From: the human T2T-CHM13v2.0 reference genome, Homo sapiens
Assembly (NCBI RefSeq): GCF_009914755.1
Contig: NC_060927.1
Length of the DNA stretch: 64,000 nucleotides
Direction: 5' to 3' (one strand)
The position numbers were made by a program, and so were the translations under genes. Below the pieces are notes generated by a model. It saw only the letters and a program-made list of their open reading frames with translations. It did not search any database and was not told the origin of the DNA. Each line of letters opens with the position of its first letter. The stretch's first letter is position 1. Shown in pieces: positions 1-12,940 of the stretch.

Positions 1-115
1 GGGCCACAGTTCTGCTTCTCTCTGCCCAACCCTGCTTCCTTCCCTCTCCTTCAACAGAAGTTGTACTGGAATAAATACTCAGCAAGGCAAACTCTGCTAC
101 AGAGAACCTCATCAG
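1..115 (+). mobile_element. Possible 3' end of an old ERVL LTR (LTR16-like), cut by the window edge
   Basis: 'tctgcccaaccctgcttccttccctctcc...aataaa...tctgctacagagaacc' resembles recalled LTR16 3' ends; highly diverged. Confidence 0.3.
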
Positions 116-727
116 CCATAGTTAAGAAACTGAAAAATGTTTCTTCCAATAGATTTTTTTATTTTTGTGTGTGTAAGTTAGAAAACAAAGCCTTCTCTGA
201 GAATGAGTTATGAGATGCATGTGGGTGTAGGCATGGTGAGTTCAAAGGAAATGTAAATGTTTGAAATAGTTGCTAGGAAAACTGGAGCTAAGAATAGTTT
301 AAGGAGACAGAAGCACTGCTAGGCTGTCTTGGTAGCCAAATTGAAGTCACAGACCAAGATAACTGTGAACACTGCTTCCGTTTTAAAAAATATCTTCTCT
401 TGGCTATTTTGAAGACACATATTTATGGCTTTCCTTCTATACGTCTTCCACTTTTTCTCAACTTCCTCTATTTTTTTTTCTTTACTTATCCTGTTAAATT
501 TAATGTTTGTCAGGGTCTGCCCTGGACTCACTTCACACATTTTTTCCGAAAAGGCTCATTTATTCCTTTGCTTCAGTTTCTCTCCATACACTGATAAATC
601 CACAAACTCTTTTCGCTGCCCACTTCCCTTTCTTAACTATATGGCCATATATCCACCAGTCTGTTGATCATCTCTAACTGATAATCAATGATCAAGGTGG
701 AAATCTCACAGGTGCCACAAAAAACAT

Positions 728-743
728 TATCTATCTATCTATC

Positions 744-786
<43 letters not shown>
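728..786. repeat. GATA-type tetranucleotide STR, (TATC)4 ATC (TATC)10
   Basis: Read directly from the sequence. Confidence 0.95.
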
Positions 787-789
<3 letters not shown>

Positions 790-1558
790 ATGATATATAT
801 ATAATGTAACAAATTGTTTTATGTTTTTTCCCCAAAAAATCCATTCTTCTCACCCTTAATATTGCATTCCATGGCTTAAACCTAAAAAAAAAAAAAGGAT
901 AAATATCTGTAGGTTTTCTTTCTTAATCACCACATGTGGTCAACGTTGTAGCCTAAATAACATGTACATCTATCTAATATATCCTTCATTATGGCCTCCA
1001 GCATGCCTCACCTATGTTATTGCGGTATCCTGCAAATTGGTCTGCCCACTTCAGTCTTTTTTCTCCAATCCGTTTTATTTTCCCTAAAATAAAATGTAGC
1101 ATTTTTTCAGATCTTCACAAAACTGTCGGAATTGAGAACCAGACATACATTTTAAAAATCTGCAAAAATAAATTCTGAAAGTTCTTTTTGTTTAGGGCAA
1201 GCAGTCGTGGAATAAGCATGTAAACTAGTTAGCTTCTCAAGTATACACAGTGGCTTCTCTGTTTGACGTTACAAGAGTACCAAGTGTCTGTTTTTCTAGA
1301 GCTAGTAGTTGGTGAGTTTTGGCTAGTGTTGAGTCGAATCACAGTTTTAGAAGGATATCTGAGAAAATGTCTCTTCTGCTTAAAATGCCTCAATATTTTC
1401 CCATTGCTATTGTTATAATTACAAATTGTAAATGCCTTAATATGGCTCAAATAGCCCTTCAACACCTAATTCCTGCTTTCTTTCCTGTATTATCTTTTGC
1501 CAACCCCAACAGCTCTGTTCCCATCCCTATCCTATAAATTCTAGGTTTACTGAATATA

Positions 1559-1671
1559 TTATACTGAATTTCTTCAGGTTACTGAAATTCTTCAATTATA
1601 CTGAATTTCTTCAAATTCCTAATAGTTATAATAATTTCTTCATATTATACTGAATTTCTTCAAGTTCCTAG
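1559..1671. repeat. Degenerate tandem repeat, 5 copies of an ~18-bp core TTATACTGAATTTCTTCA
   Basis: Perfect copies at 1559, 1596 and 1645; variant copies at 1578 and 1626. Confidence 0.85.
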
Positions 1672-1846
1672 CACATAATGTGTTCCAAGTTTTAAGTCTT
1701 TCCTTATATATCAAATATCAATATCCATAGTAATGCTGTACCACACTAAACATTTCTTTAGTGCTTGAGGCTGTGGTTCTGTAATGTAGGTGGTCTCAGT
1801 TGGATGCACTTAGTTATCTGTAGTGGCCTTGGCTGGGAAGATTATA

Positions 1847-2030
1847 TATGGGAGACTGAAAAAAAGTCCCCCAAAGATATTAGGTTCTAATCTCTGGAAC
1901 CTATAAATCTCCTTATTTGGAAACAGAGTCTTTTCAGGTATAATTAAGGATCTTGAGATGTATGGATCACTCTGAAATTACTAGGTGGGCCTTAAATGTA
2001 ATTATGTATGTCCTCAAAAAAAGAGAAGCC
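1847..2030 (+). mobile_element. MaLR LTR 5' half (MLT1C/D-like)
   Basis: 'ccccaaagatat..ctaatctctggaacctataaat..ccttatttggaaacagagtcttttcagg..taattaaggatcttgagatg' matches the MLT1 LTR start and parallels 2500-2680. Confidence 0.7.
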
Positions 2031-2499
2031 CAAGCTGTGGGTCCAGAGGGCACAGCCATGAGCCCAGAGGCTGGAGCCATAATCCTTGGAGGATCATTCC
2101 TAGACCTTGAAACTTAATAAAATTTGCTCTGTTGGATTTTGAAATTGCTTGGAATTGGTGATCTTTTTCTTTCATTTTCTACCTTTTGAAATAATGTCTA
2201 CACTTGTCCCACACTAGTCCCACTCTTCTATTTTGGAAGCAGATAACCAGTCTTCTATTTTCAGAAGTCCACAGAAAGGAAAGGGATTTTGGAAAGGAAT
2301 TTTTCCCCAGATGAATCAGACATGGCTGCACACACATCTTATTTACATGATTTAGATCATGATATTTATAAGTTTTGAACTGGTGAAATGTTGGACTTGA
2401 GTTGATGCTGTAATTGATTAAGACATTTAGGAATATTGCAGTGGGGTAAATGTATTTTTCATGTGTTATGAATGTGAGCCTTTTGAGCCAAAGGAAGAT
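2031..2499 (+). mobile_element. MaLR internal sequence, 3' part (MLT1-int)
   Basis: 'ggaggatcattcctagaccttgaaa', 'ttttggaagcagataac', 'gagttgatgctgtaattgattaagac' and a purine-rich PPT-like segment abutting the next LTR. Confidence 0.65.
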
Positions 2500-2980
2500 T
2501 GTGGTAAACTAAAAAATTTGCACTGCAGAGATATCAGGTACTAATCCAGATGACTTGTAAATGTTGCCTTATTTGCAAAGTGGGTCTTTTCAGATTTGAT
2601 TAAGTTAAATACTTTAAGATGGAAAGATTATTCTAGATATCTGAGTTGGCCCTTAATGCAATCACAAGTGTCCTTATAAGAGACAGGCAGAGGGAGATTA
2701 TAGATAGCAGAAGGGAAGAGAGTATGACTGTGGAGGTGGAAATTGAAGTAATATGGACACAAGCCAAGGAATGCTGGCAGCCACCAAAAACTGGAAGAGG
2801 CAAGGAATAGATTGTCCTCTAGAGGTTTCACAGGGAGTATGGCCCTGCCAACCCCTAGATTTTGGTCCAGTGACACTGATTTCACACTTCTGACTCCAAG
2901 AGCTGTGAAAGAATACGGTTTTTTCAGTTTTAAAAGACCCAGTTTGTGGTAATTTATTACAGCATCCACCGGAAAATACA
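2500..2980 (+). mobile_element. MaLR 3' LTR (MLT1C/D-like)
   Basis: TGTGGT start; 'caagccaaggaatgctggcagccacca..ctggaagaggcaaggaa'; end 'gtttgtggtaatttattacagca..ggaaaataca'. Confidence 0.85.
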
Positions 2981-5900
2981 TTCATACCCTGAAATGAATA
3001 TTCTATATCCTACATTTCTTACTTGTTTTCATGGCCATTTCAGAAGCAAAACCTGAATCACAAATGATCAGGGTCTTAACAAATCTGTGTTTGCATCTAG
3101 TTTACTGATAGCCTGCTGGAAAATTTAAGTTACCTGGCTGGCTGGCTGGCCTGGAGTCAGAGTGAGAGAGAATTGCATTTGCACAACAAAAGATGTGGAT
3201 ACAGGGTAAAATCAAGAATCAGAGCCACTTTTTGCAATCTACCATTCATTCTTAGGTTTAATTTTTTTTTTAATTATCTGTATCCCTAGAAAAATAACAT
3301 TCATGTTCAGATTTTGCCCTTTCTTAACGGCTTAGGTATTATGTTATAATATAAGTCAAAGTTGATTAATTTTAACTACCATTTAAAAAACCTTCAGTAA
3401 GATAGCACTAATTGCCATATAATTATATTCTAACTTGCTGGACAAAGATCATTAATGGTTTTTTTCAGCTTATATTTTCTATCATTCTCCTACTTACTTT
3501 CCCAAGAAGCTTTGGGGAACAGACTGAAATACTAAGAAGGTGTTTTTGCCCCACACACCCATTTAAACATTTGCCTATTGTTGAAAGGACATGTTTAAAA
3601 TACCTGATGTTCCAGTTTGTGAATTATTAATATTTTGTAACTACTTTATATTTTCAACCTTTCAAATAAATGTGGAATGCTGAGTAAAGAACAGACATTA
3701 TGTTTTCCATTTTTTTCCTTTGTTTCATTTAAAGTGATTGGAAATATTCTAAGCATGAACTTGATTTGAGTCAGAAACACGAGGTTAAAAAAATGAAGGC
3801 TAAAAAATTTAAAGTATCAAACATACAAACACATACATGTTCCTATTTATTTTACATTATTTTATTGATATTGCTATTTATCCTTTTTTATTACTGATAT
3901 TCATAATGTTCTTTTTAAATTGTAATGATAATGAAATATTACTATTTCCAACAATATCACTTTCTCTATATTTGGTGTTTACTTCTCATTTGATAAATAT
4001 TCATGAAAAAGAAAAAGTAGTGGTTAATATTGGCTGGAAAAATATTTTAGACACATGCTCCATTAGGTCCCCCAAACAGCTGTGCTACTACACCTTCATC
4101 CAAAAGCACTTGTCAAGTTCTGGGCCTTTGCAGAGCAAAAGGTGCCAACTCTTGGAGCCTGTGCCAAACTGTGCGGAAGTTGCCTGATGCTGATTCAGAT
4201 CCAGTTGGAATTATGATTAAAATCTAAATTCAGTACATTTTTATTTTGGAAATAAAACCACACACTCCTTTCATCTTTTTCTTCATAATATTGCTTTTGA
4301 AAGGATATTAACTATATAGAAAAATCACAAAATGATTGTCCTTACTGAGATCATGTTTGCCATTTTGCAGCTTCCAGACCACAGAAATCTCATGATCTTC
4401 AGAAAATTGGATCTTATTCTTTCTAACATAATTATCTATCAAACTTTTTCTGGCAAAATATATAGTACATAGTAGCTTAATTTGCACACATGCAAGCAGT
4501 ACAAACATTTGAGCTATTGGACAATTTTTAGCTCGGTGGTAATAAGGGAATGTAGTCATACTGGTCAAACTAGTGGTCTAGATAGATGCAGTTTCTATGG
4601 GACTAACAGGCAGTGTCAGAATTAAGTAAGTTTAATAAATGAAAGCACGTGCTATGATAGGTCCTTTGATTTACTAAAAAAAATTTAAAAGATCACAGCA
4701 AAAGTCAAAAAAAGAATGCTGTTGATGCCTTATAACATGTGTCTTATATTGAGTTAATTATGACAAAATGTAACTTAAGTCATTGTCAGCCAAGCCATAT
4801 TAGCTATCTTAGGAAAATGAGCAAATTATAAAAAGAACTGCCATTTATTACAAAAAGTGTATTAAATGTAGCTTGTTCTTATCACCTAGAAAAAAATTAA
4901 ACAGAAAACATTAATTGAATGGATTTCTCAAAAATTTAAAACACTGATTATGAAGAAAATGGAAAATCAAAATATTGATTTGTTTCTCTAGTAAGCATGA
5001 CATATTTCTGAACTGAAAAGTGCCAATTACTATACTCATTACATTAAGCCTTTTGGCTACTTGTGTGCTGTTATAATAAAATAAAGAAATTCTTATAGAA
5101 AAGAATGCATCCACTTCCATTGCCCTCAGTGGAGATGTAATTGTGGTTATTTTCCCCTTTCTGAAGTTTCTATGGAATTTTTCAGGTAAACATTATGGAA
5201 TTATTTTTTTAAATATTACTGTACATAAAACAATATCATAGGAATATGTAAAAAAGTCAGTATATTTTGTATTACAGAGTAAATGTTGAATAAATGATAA
5301 TTATTGTTCATTATTTTAAAGGTTACCATTGAATTTCACTAAAAATAAATATTTTATTAGTCAAATTGGTTGCAGCAGGATACTAACTTTTGATAGTAAA
5401 TACAGGAACACTGGCGTAAAACCTGATCCAGTTCACTTTAACCATCTTAAAATTCAAAAATAAAGTGATAATAAGAGATCCCCTGTATGCTACATGGAAA
5501 TTGAAAATTATACATAAATATCAGTCTAAAATATTTGATGATTCTCTAGCTTTATTTCCCGTAAGCTTATACTCCTTTTGGTTTTCCATTTGCTAGTGTT
5601 ACGATAATCAGTGACCTGGTGTTTTGCAATGCATAAAATTGCATTATTAAGTGGACATTTGGAAGATAATTCTAGAGTCAATATTTTTAATAATTAGATA
5701 TAAGTTGTTTAGTACTCCTTTTAGGTATTCAGTTGATGGAATTTAATACTGATTGATGATAAGCATAGGACTCATACGTTGACCCTTTTTCTGAATTAAT
5801 ATTGGCAAGATAAAAAACATTATCTTCTTTCAATAAATGTAATAATTTATAAAATATTTATAAATAATTTTATAAATAACTACGTATGTACAATATGCAA

Positions 5901-7689
5901 AGATATTTGTTTGCAAAGAGATGTAGTAATCTCTTTGCAAAAAGATATATTAATGTCTTTGTAAACAAATATCTTTTTATATCTCTGGTATTTTATAATA
6001 AATATATACATGTAAAGTTATTTAATTAAGAAAAAGGAAAGGTGCAAAAATCTTACAGCATCTCTTTTTAAATTATTATGGCCAATTTTAAAATAATTTT
6101 TAGTAAATTCATGTTTAGACAACATATGAGATTAAAGGAAAATTATAATTACAAATTGAATAAATTTATAAGTAGGTATTTTGTGAGTCTAGGTTTTCTT
6201 TCATAACAATGTTTCAACATGATGGAGCCTTCTACAATATGGAGTGAAAGTGCATTGATGTAGCTCCAATAATACTTCTTTACTGACTACATTGCAAATG
6301 GCCATTAGATGTTTCTGAGGTTGCCAATAGATTCTACTAATATTAAAAAGGAACTAAGTTTTCTACACATCAAACATTTTACAAAATTTAGAGCTGGCTA
6401 GGGGCCTATAAAATTGTCATTTTGTAGCCTAGTAACATACTCAAAATTAAATGCTAACTAAGGGGAAAATTGCATAATATAAATATATAACAGGCAGAAT
6501 AAGAGAAGCATGCAGAGAATCACTCTAAAATCTTTTTATGATTTTGTGTCTCCAGAGACACTTTACATTCTCCATGGTCCTAAAGGAGAAATCCTTCAAC
6601 TCTTGCGATAGTCCTCCCTCAGCTCGAAATGTGGAGTTGAATTATGATGTGCAATGGCACTTATCTATGAATATCCTAAATCAGAAGGTAAAGAACAGAG
6701 AAAAAGAAAATTACTAATCCTCTCATCTTCAGGAAGAAGTAAAGAATTGGTTAAATGCAACTGGCAAGAATAAAACTCAAGTCACCTTCTAAGAACAAAA
6801 GTTCACTGTCATCAGTATTTGCTATATGACTGAAATAGGGAAGGAAGGTAGAAATAAAACTAGAGGAATTTTCTACTCAACAGAACATCTGCTGTCATCC
6901 TTACAAATCAAACTATTTGGGTACATGGAATAGTTTAGCAGTTACTCAAATGAATTAATACCAAATTAAAAAAAAAGCACATCAAAAGATTGATTGCTGG
7001 TAATCAAGAGAGATATTGGAAAAAAAGAAATTTGTTTTTTAGTTCAAAAGGGAAGTTTCATTGTAATCACAAAGATGCTGGGAGTAGCTCTTAAAACTGG
7101 GATCACTAAGAACACAAAATATTATTAGACAATAGAAAGAACTCCACAAATAATAAATTATGTATTATTTGCATATTAACTTATTTAGCAATTATAACTG
7201 CAATTATAAAATACAGTATCTTAAATATAGTGACCTCCATATGTGTGTAGAAAAAAATGATGCTTGTGTGTCTTGATATTTTATAATAACTAAACTCTAT
7301 CTCTTCTCAGTAACAGATATACAATGCAACCAAACAAACACATATTCAAATTTAGTTTTAGAAATTGGGATAAATTCAAAATTATAATTAATAATTAAAT
7401 AAACTAATACTTATTTTTAACACATTTAATAATGTTCAAATATGGAGTTTTCATAATGCCCATATGTTTTAGTGTGCAGTTGCTTATTTTTCTGACACTT
7501 TTTAAAAAGACAGCTATCCTGCCATGTTGAATTACAGTATTTCATTCATATTAGCTAATCCTAAGAGACACTGTCTAATTAGAATCACAAAAGAGTTTTA
7601 AAAAATCATATCATTGTTGATGTTTTATTAGTATGAAATGGTTTTACTGTTTAATTAATTGTCATACAAATATTTGATATCAAAGGCTG

Positions 7690-8135
7690 TGTTGCTGGTG
7701 TTTGTTACTTAGTTCCTATATCTTTATGGAAGAAAGCAATATTTTTGCTTTCTCCTCTCCTAGGCACATAGGATGATTATACTTCTCTGCCACCTCGAAG
7801 TTAAGCATAGCTATATAACTTACTTTTGTCAATGGAAAATAATCTAATAAAAAGTGAACCAATTACTCATGGAAATACATACGAATTAATAGGAGATTCT
7901 CCATTCTCTCTTATCTTGTCATGTTGACTGTGGAAAAAAAAGAATTCTACATAGTGGAGACCCTATCAATATGGATTGCTGATACGTCACATAGAGGAGA
8001 ACTGCCCTGAAAAGACACTCATATTCACAGCTGATGTGGTGAATGAAAAGTAAACATTCATTATTCAACTACAGAGTTGGGGACAGGAAAAGTTGTTTGT
8101 CAGCAAAGTGCAACATAGCTTATCCTGATTAATTG
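7690..8135 (+). mobile_element. Old MaLR LTR (MLT1I/J/K-like)
   Basis: 'ctaggcacataggatgattatacttctctgccacctcgaagttaag' and a 3' end 'gcaacatagcttatcctgattaat'. Confidence 0.55.
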
Positions 8136-8499
8136 AACTTTCTTTTCCTTAATTCCCACAACTGGATGATATGACTTTCTGCCCACTCCACTGACTAATG
8201 TCACACATTTGAAGTAATTCTATGTATGTAGAGAGGAGGTATTAGGGAAACTACTTTGAAAACTTTCAGAAATATCCAGCAGTGCTTACCACTTTGACGA
8301 ACATGACTCAAGTGACAGATGTAATGCTAAGTTATTTATCAACAGTAATTATAAGATCAGTCCTTGTTCTCAAGGAACATATGTTTTAAAGGCAAAACCA
8401 ACAAAAACACAAATGAATTGGTTTATTTAAATGTAATCATCCCTTTAATGGAAATATATACAAAAAGAGTGAAAACCAAACAGAAAGAAATCGAGTCTC

Positions 8500-9260
8500 T
8501 GCCTGATATAGTTAAGAAAACCTTTGCCGAAAAAGAGTATATTTAGTGGCTGAAAACAAAAGTCTGAGCATACTCTAAGCAAGAAGAGTAGCATATACAA
8601 AGGCTGGGTGATGTATGAGCTCAGGACAAGTTCATCAAATATTTCCAAGTATAACATAGAGAAGGTATTGGAATAGATAAAATTGAACAGTTCAACTTGG
8701 TCGTATAGTATACAGTCAAATAAGTATACAGTCTATGTGAAGGGCTTTATATATTAGTATTTATAAAAAGCTTTGAAAGAACATGGAGCAAAAATTGAAA
8801 CGATAAGTTTACATTTTAGAAAAAAACACTGTACAGTTTAGCATTGATTGGAATAAAGTTAACTAAAAGAAAATATTATGAAACAACTAAAAATACAGTT
8901 ATAGAAATGCAAAGCATTAGAGACATAGAAAAAGGAATAAATTGAATAATGTTTTAAATAGAAAAAATAGATCTTGGTGACTAGATTTGGGAATGAGGAA
9001 GCTCAAGAAAACTAGAGAGTCTCCAAGGTTTCAAGTTGGCGGAATAACATGTGGAACTATTGACAGAGATGGGGGATTTAAAAACAAAACCTGTTTTGAG
9101 ACATGATGAGTTCAGTTTGGGACAGACTGAAATTCTATTTATGTTGCTTTTGGGTATAGATGTCTAGCAAGAGCTCAAAATAGAATTTTAGATCACTGAT
9201 TTATTCTACTTTGATACAACTGTATGAATCAAATTAGTTAAAGAAAATGTATAGATTGTT
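8500..9260 (-). mobile_element. L2 LINE fragments
   Basis: 'ctccaaggtttcaagttgg..gacagagatgggg..gatgagttcagtttgggacagactga' are typical antisense L2 motifs. Confidence 0.5.
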
Positions 9261-11584
9261 TAAAGACAAGTGAGGATTAAAAGGTAATAAAGGTGATGGT
9301 AAGAATAACTCTAAAATCTTATGTGTTTTTTTTCCTCTGCTTGAGTCCCTGGCTTGTTTCCCTAGTTTTACCGTAAAGAATGCCTATTTTATCATTCTCT
9401 AGTGCCTAAATTTTGTAAAATCAAGGACATCTGTTTATTTATATTTTACAGTCTACAGAAGTTATAATAATGTTTATAGTTAGGAATATCACTAAATTTT
9501 GGCCCAGAAATTAGCCTTTAGTGGAGCTAGCTAAACATGTCGGCACCAGGATTGCTAGCCTAACAATTTAATTTAGCCAGCCACTGGAAACCTTAAATTT
9601 CTTAGCTGTTGAATGTATAAATATGAGACTTAGTCATGTGATCACGATTATGTAGGAAGGATGCATACTTCCTACATAATGGAAGGGGCTGACCATTGTC
9701 CTACTGTGTTCTGATATGCTTTTCTATCATCTTTGCAAAGCTGAGACAATCTGAAAAAGAAAGTGTACCTTTTAGTATTTCCTTTTGGAACGGAATTTCT
9801 GAGCCTTTAACAGCTTGGTTTAATAATACATTTGGCCTCACAAACAAGAAAGGTAATTTGTTTGTTTTCTCTGTGGAGATAAGATCAAAGAAAAGAATTT
9901 ATCAAGAGATCAGTGCCCATAGCCAAGCTTCAGAACCTTCATAGAATCTGTCACATCTCAGTCAACAAAGTACCCCAAAGGACTCTGTGAAGTAAAATCA
10001 CATATGTTCATGGAGAAACAAGCCTATTCATTCATATTGCTGAGTAATAAATGAATGTATCATAAGTCAGATTGTAACTGAGGAGTTCTGTATTTGCGCT
10101 CATATCCTGATAAATATTTATCTGTCCTTAAGTTTTACTGTTTAGGATTCTCCATTGAAGCTCCATTCTTACTTTACCTATACCACCATATCAACTACAT
10201 GATTTCAGCGAGGCTAGCTGCCAATCTAGAATCACTGCTCAATCTTTTGGACTTTTCCTGCTTGCCTTCCATGCCCTTGGTCATATGGGTATTGGATTTT
10301 GATTAGCAACTTTCACTTATGGTAATAATGACAGGTCTTATATTTATACGTGTAAACCAGTTTTTAGTCTCAAAGCTCTATTTGGAAGCATACCCTTCTG
10401 TTCTGCCTCTATAACCTTGACCTTATTCTCAAATCAGACCCCTGGATATGTTTGCATTCTAGTTTTAATCCATCTACCGACTGCCATGAAACATTGTGCT
10501 GTACATTCAGGAGGATTTGGCATATAGTTTCCTGATGTTTATTCATTCAAGAGGCTTGTACCAAGTGAAGAGACAAGGATTTTTTGAAAAATCAAGAATC
10601 TGTAGGAAACTAGTCAAGTAAATGAGTTAATATGACTTTGTTTCAGAATAAGTTTATTGAGAGAACTATTTACTCATGTATGAAATAATAATAGCACCAC
10701 AAATGAAAAAACATTAAACTGAGAAGGGGTTTTTTTTATTGACCGATAACTCTGTATTTTAAAGATTACCAGACAATTAAAATAACTTTTGTAATCTTAA
10801 GAAAGGACAACTAGAAACATGACTGGTGTAATTTAATATGATGTAAGATGACATTTATTTATAAATATTCTGAACCACAGCCTGCTTACTATTTCCAACT
10901 CAAGACTTCAAACATACATAGCTGATTTGGATTCATTTCTGTTGGTTTGTTTCAATTTGGCTTTAAGCACTTCTCTTTTACTCTTGATTGTATTTATGTT
11001 TAAGCAGCTTGTCATTTGCATGATTTACTAGGAAATTATTTATATTTTATCAGAATACAGCATGAATTAGGTTTTATCTTATATAATCTCTTTTAAAATG
11101 AATTGCACTTTCTTTGCTTATTCTCTACTATGTGCTTATTCTCATGATATTATAAATCTAAGGCAAGCTGTACCTGTTTTACAAATATGCTGGTAAAATA
11201 TACATTTGTATATCTATTGTACCTATCTAGAGGCTTTTAGCGATATTCTGATATAAAGATTTTAGAATAACTGTGAAGTTAGTTGGAAATGCACAGGAAT
11301 CTTGAGATATGATAAAATATAAAATATTTACTGAATACCAATATATTAACTTCTTCATAAGTGTCATGCTTATGAAATAAAACTCCATATAAAATAGAAA
11401 TTTACAAAGTTGACAATAATGTTAAATCAATAATAAATATTATAACCAAATAATAATGTTAAACCAAGAATACATAATAGAATAGGAAACTAGAAAACAC
11501 TTTTAGGACGCCAACCATGTATAGGTATATTAGGTGCAACTTGCTAATTCAAAGTAGTGCATTTGATACAAGGATGGAAGAAAA

Positions 11585-11705
11585 ATAGTGAAATGGAAAA
11601 GACCTCAAAATGGATGTGCAGGGATAGGGGTTCTGTGCTGATCTCTGCCACTAATGATATCAATTAACTTGAGCAAGTCACTTAATCTCATAGGCTTTGT
11701 AGTTT
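11585..11705 (+). mobile_element. MIR SINE fragment
   Basis: Core 'ctctgccactaat..cttgagcaagtcacttaatctc'. Confidence 0.6.
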
Positions 11706-11820
11706 AAAGATAAGTTAAATCATTTCTTGTTCAGTTTTCCTTTTGTTGTATGTCGAATTGTGCCCTCCCTTTCAATTTATTGTTGAAGCCCTAACCCTCA
11801 GGACCTCAGAATGTGCTGGT

Positions 11821-12140
11821 AGCTGGGCATGGTGGTTCATGCCTGTAATCCCCGCTACTCAAGGCTAAGGCAGGAGGATTGCTTGAGGCCAGGAGTGGCA
11901 GCCCAGACCAGCCTAGATAATATACAGAGACTTTGTCTCTAAGAAAATTTTTGAAAGTAAATCAAGCTCGACAGGGAGGACCTGTAGCCCCAACTAATCA
12001 GGAGACTGAAGTGGGAGAATTGCTTTAGCTAAGGAGTTCAGGGTAGCAGTGAGCTAAGATCATTCCACTGCATTCTGGGCAACAGAGTAAGACCTCATCT
12101 CTTAAAAACTGCAAAACAAACAAGTAAACAAAAAACAACA
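11821..12140 (+). mobile_element. AluJ
   Basis: Diverged dimeric Alu with J-type 'ggaggattgcttgaggccaggag'; degenerate TSD agaatgtgctggt (11808-11820) / agaatgggactgt (12501-12513). Confidence 0.9.
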
Positions 12141-12500
12141 GGAAAGAAATGAGAGAAGAGAAGAGGGAAGGAGAGGAGAGAAGAGGAGGGAAGGAGAGGA
12201 GAGGAGAGGAGAGGGGGAAGAGAGGAGAGATGACAGAAGACAGAGGAGAGGAGAGGAAAGGAGAAGAGAGGTGAGGAGAGGAGAGGAGGTTTGGAGAGGG
12301 GAGGGGGAGAGAGGAGAGGAGAGATGAGAGAGGAGAGGAGATGAGAGGAGAGAAGAGAGAGGAGAGGGGAAGAGGGGAGGGGAGAGGAGGGGGGAAGATG
12401 GGAGGGGAGAGGAGGGGGAAGATGGGAGGGGAGAGGAGGGAGAAAGATGGGAGGGGAGAGGAGGGGAGAAGAGGGGAGGGTAGGGGAGGAAAGGGAGAGG
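12141..12500. repeat. Polypurine (GGAGA/GGGGA)n tract
   Basis: About 360 bp of almost pure G/A. Confidence 0.95.
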
Positions 12501-12618
12501 AGAATGGGACTGTATTTGGAAATAGGGTCTTTAAAGAGATAGTGGCATTAAAATGGGATAATTAGAGTGAGCCTTATTCTAATATGATTTGACTCATTTG
12601 TAAGAAGAAGAGTTTAGG

Positions 12619-12620
<2 letters not shown>

Positions 12621-12657
<37 letters not shown>

Positions 12658-12683
12658 GAGAGAGAGAGAGAAAGACAGAGAGA
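12621..12683. repeat. (TG)16 followed by (AG)n compound microsatellite
   Basis: Read directly. Confidence 0.95.
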
Positions 12684-12834
12684 GTAGACACATGAAGGTA
12701 CAGAGAGACAACCATGTGAACACAAGGCAAGAAGGTAGCCATCTGCAAGCCAAGGAGAGAGAATTCAGAAAAAATCCAATTTTGCCAACACCTTGATCTT
12801 GCACTTCTAGCCTTACAGAACTGTGAAAAAAAAT

Positions 12835-12940
12835 GTATATATATACACACACACATATATACACACATATATATACACATATATATACATATACATATAT
12901 ACATATATATACACATGTATATATACACACACACATACAT
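12835..12940. repeat. Mixed (TA)/(CA) microsatellite
   Basis: Read directly. Confidence 0.9.
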
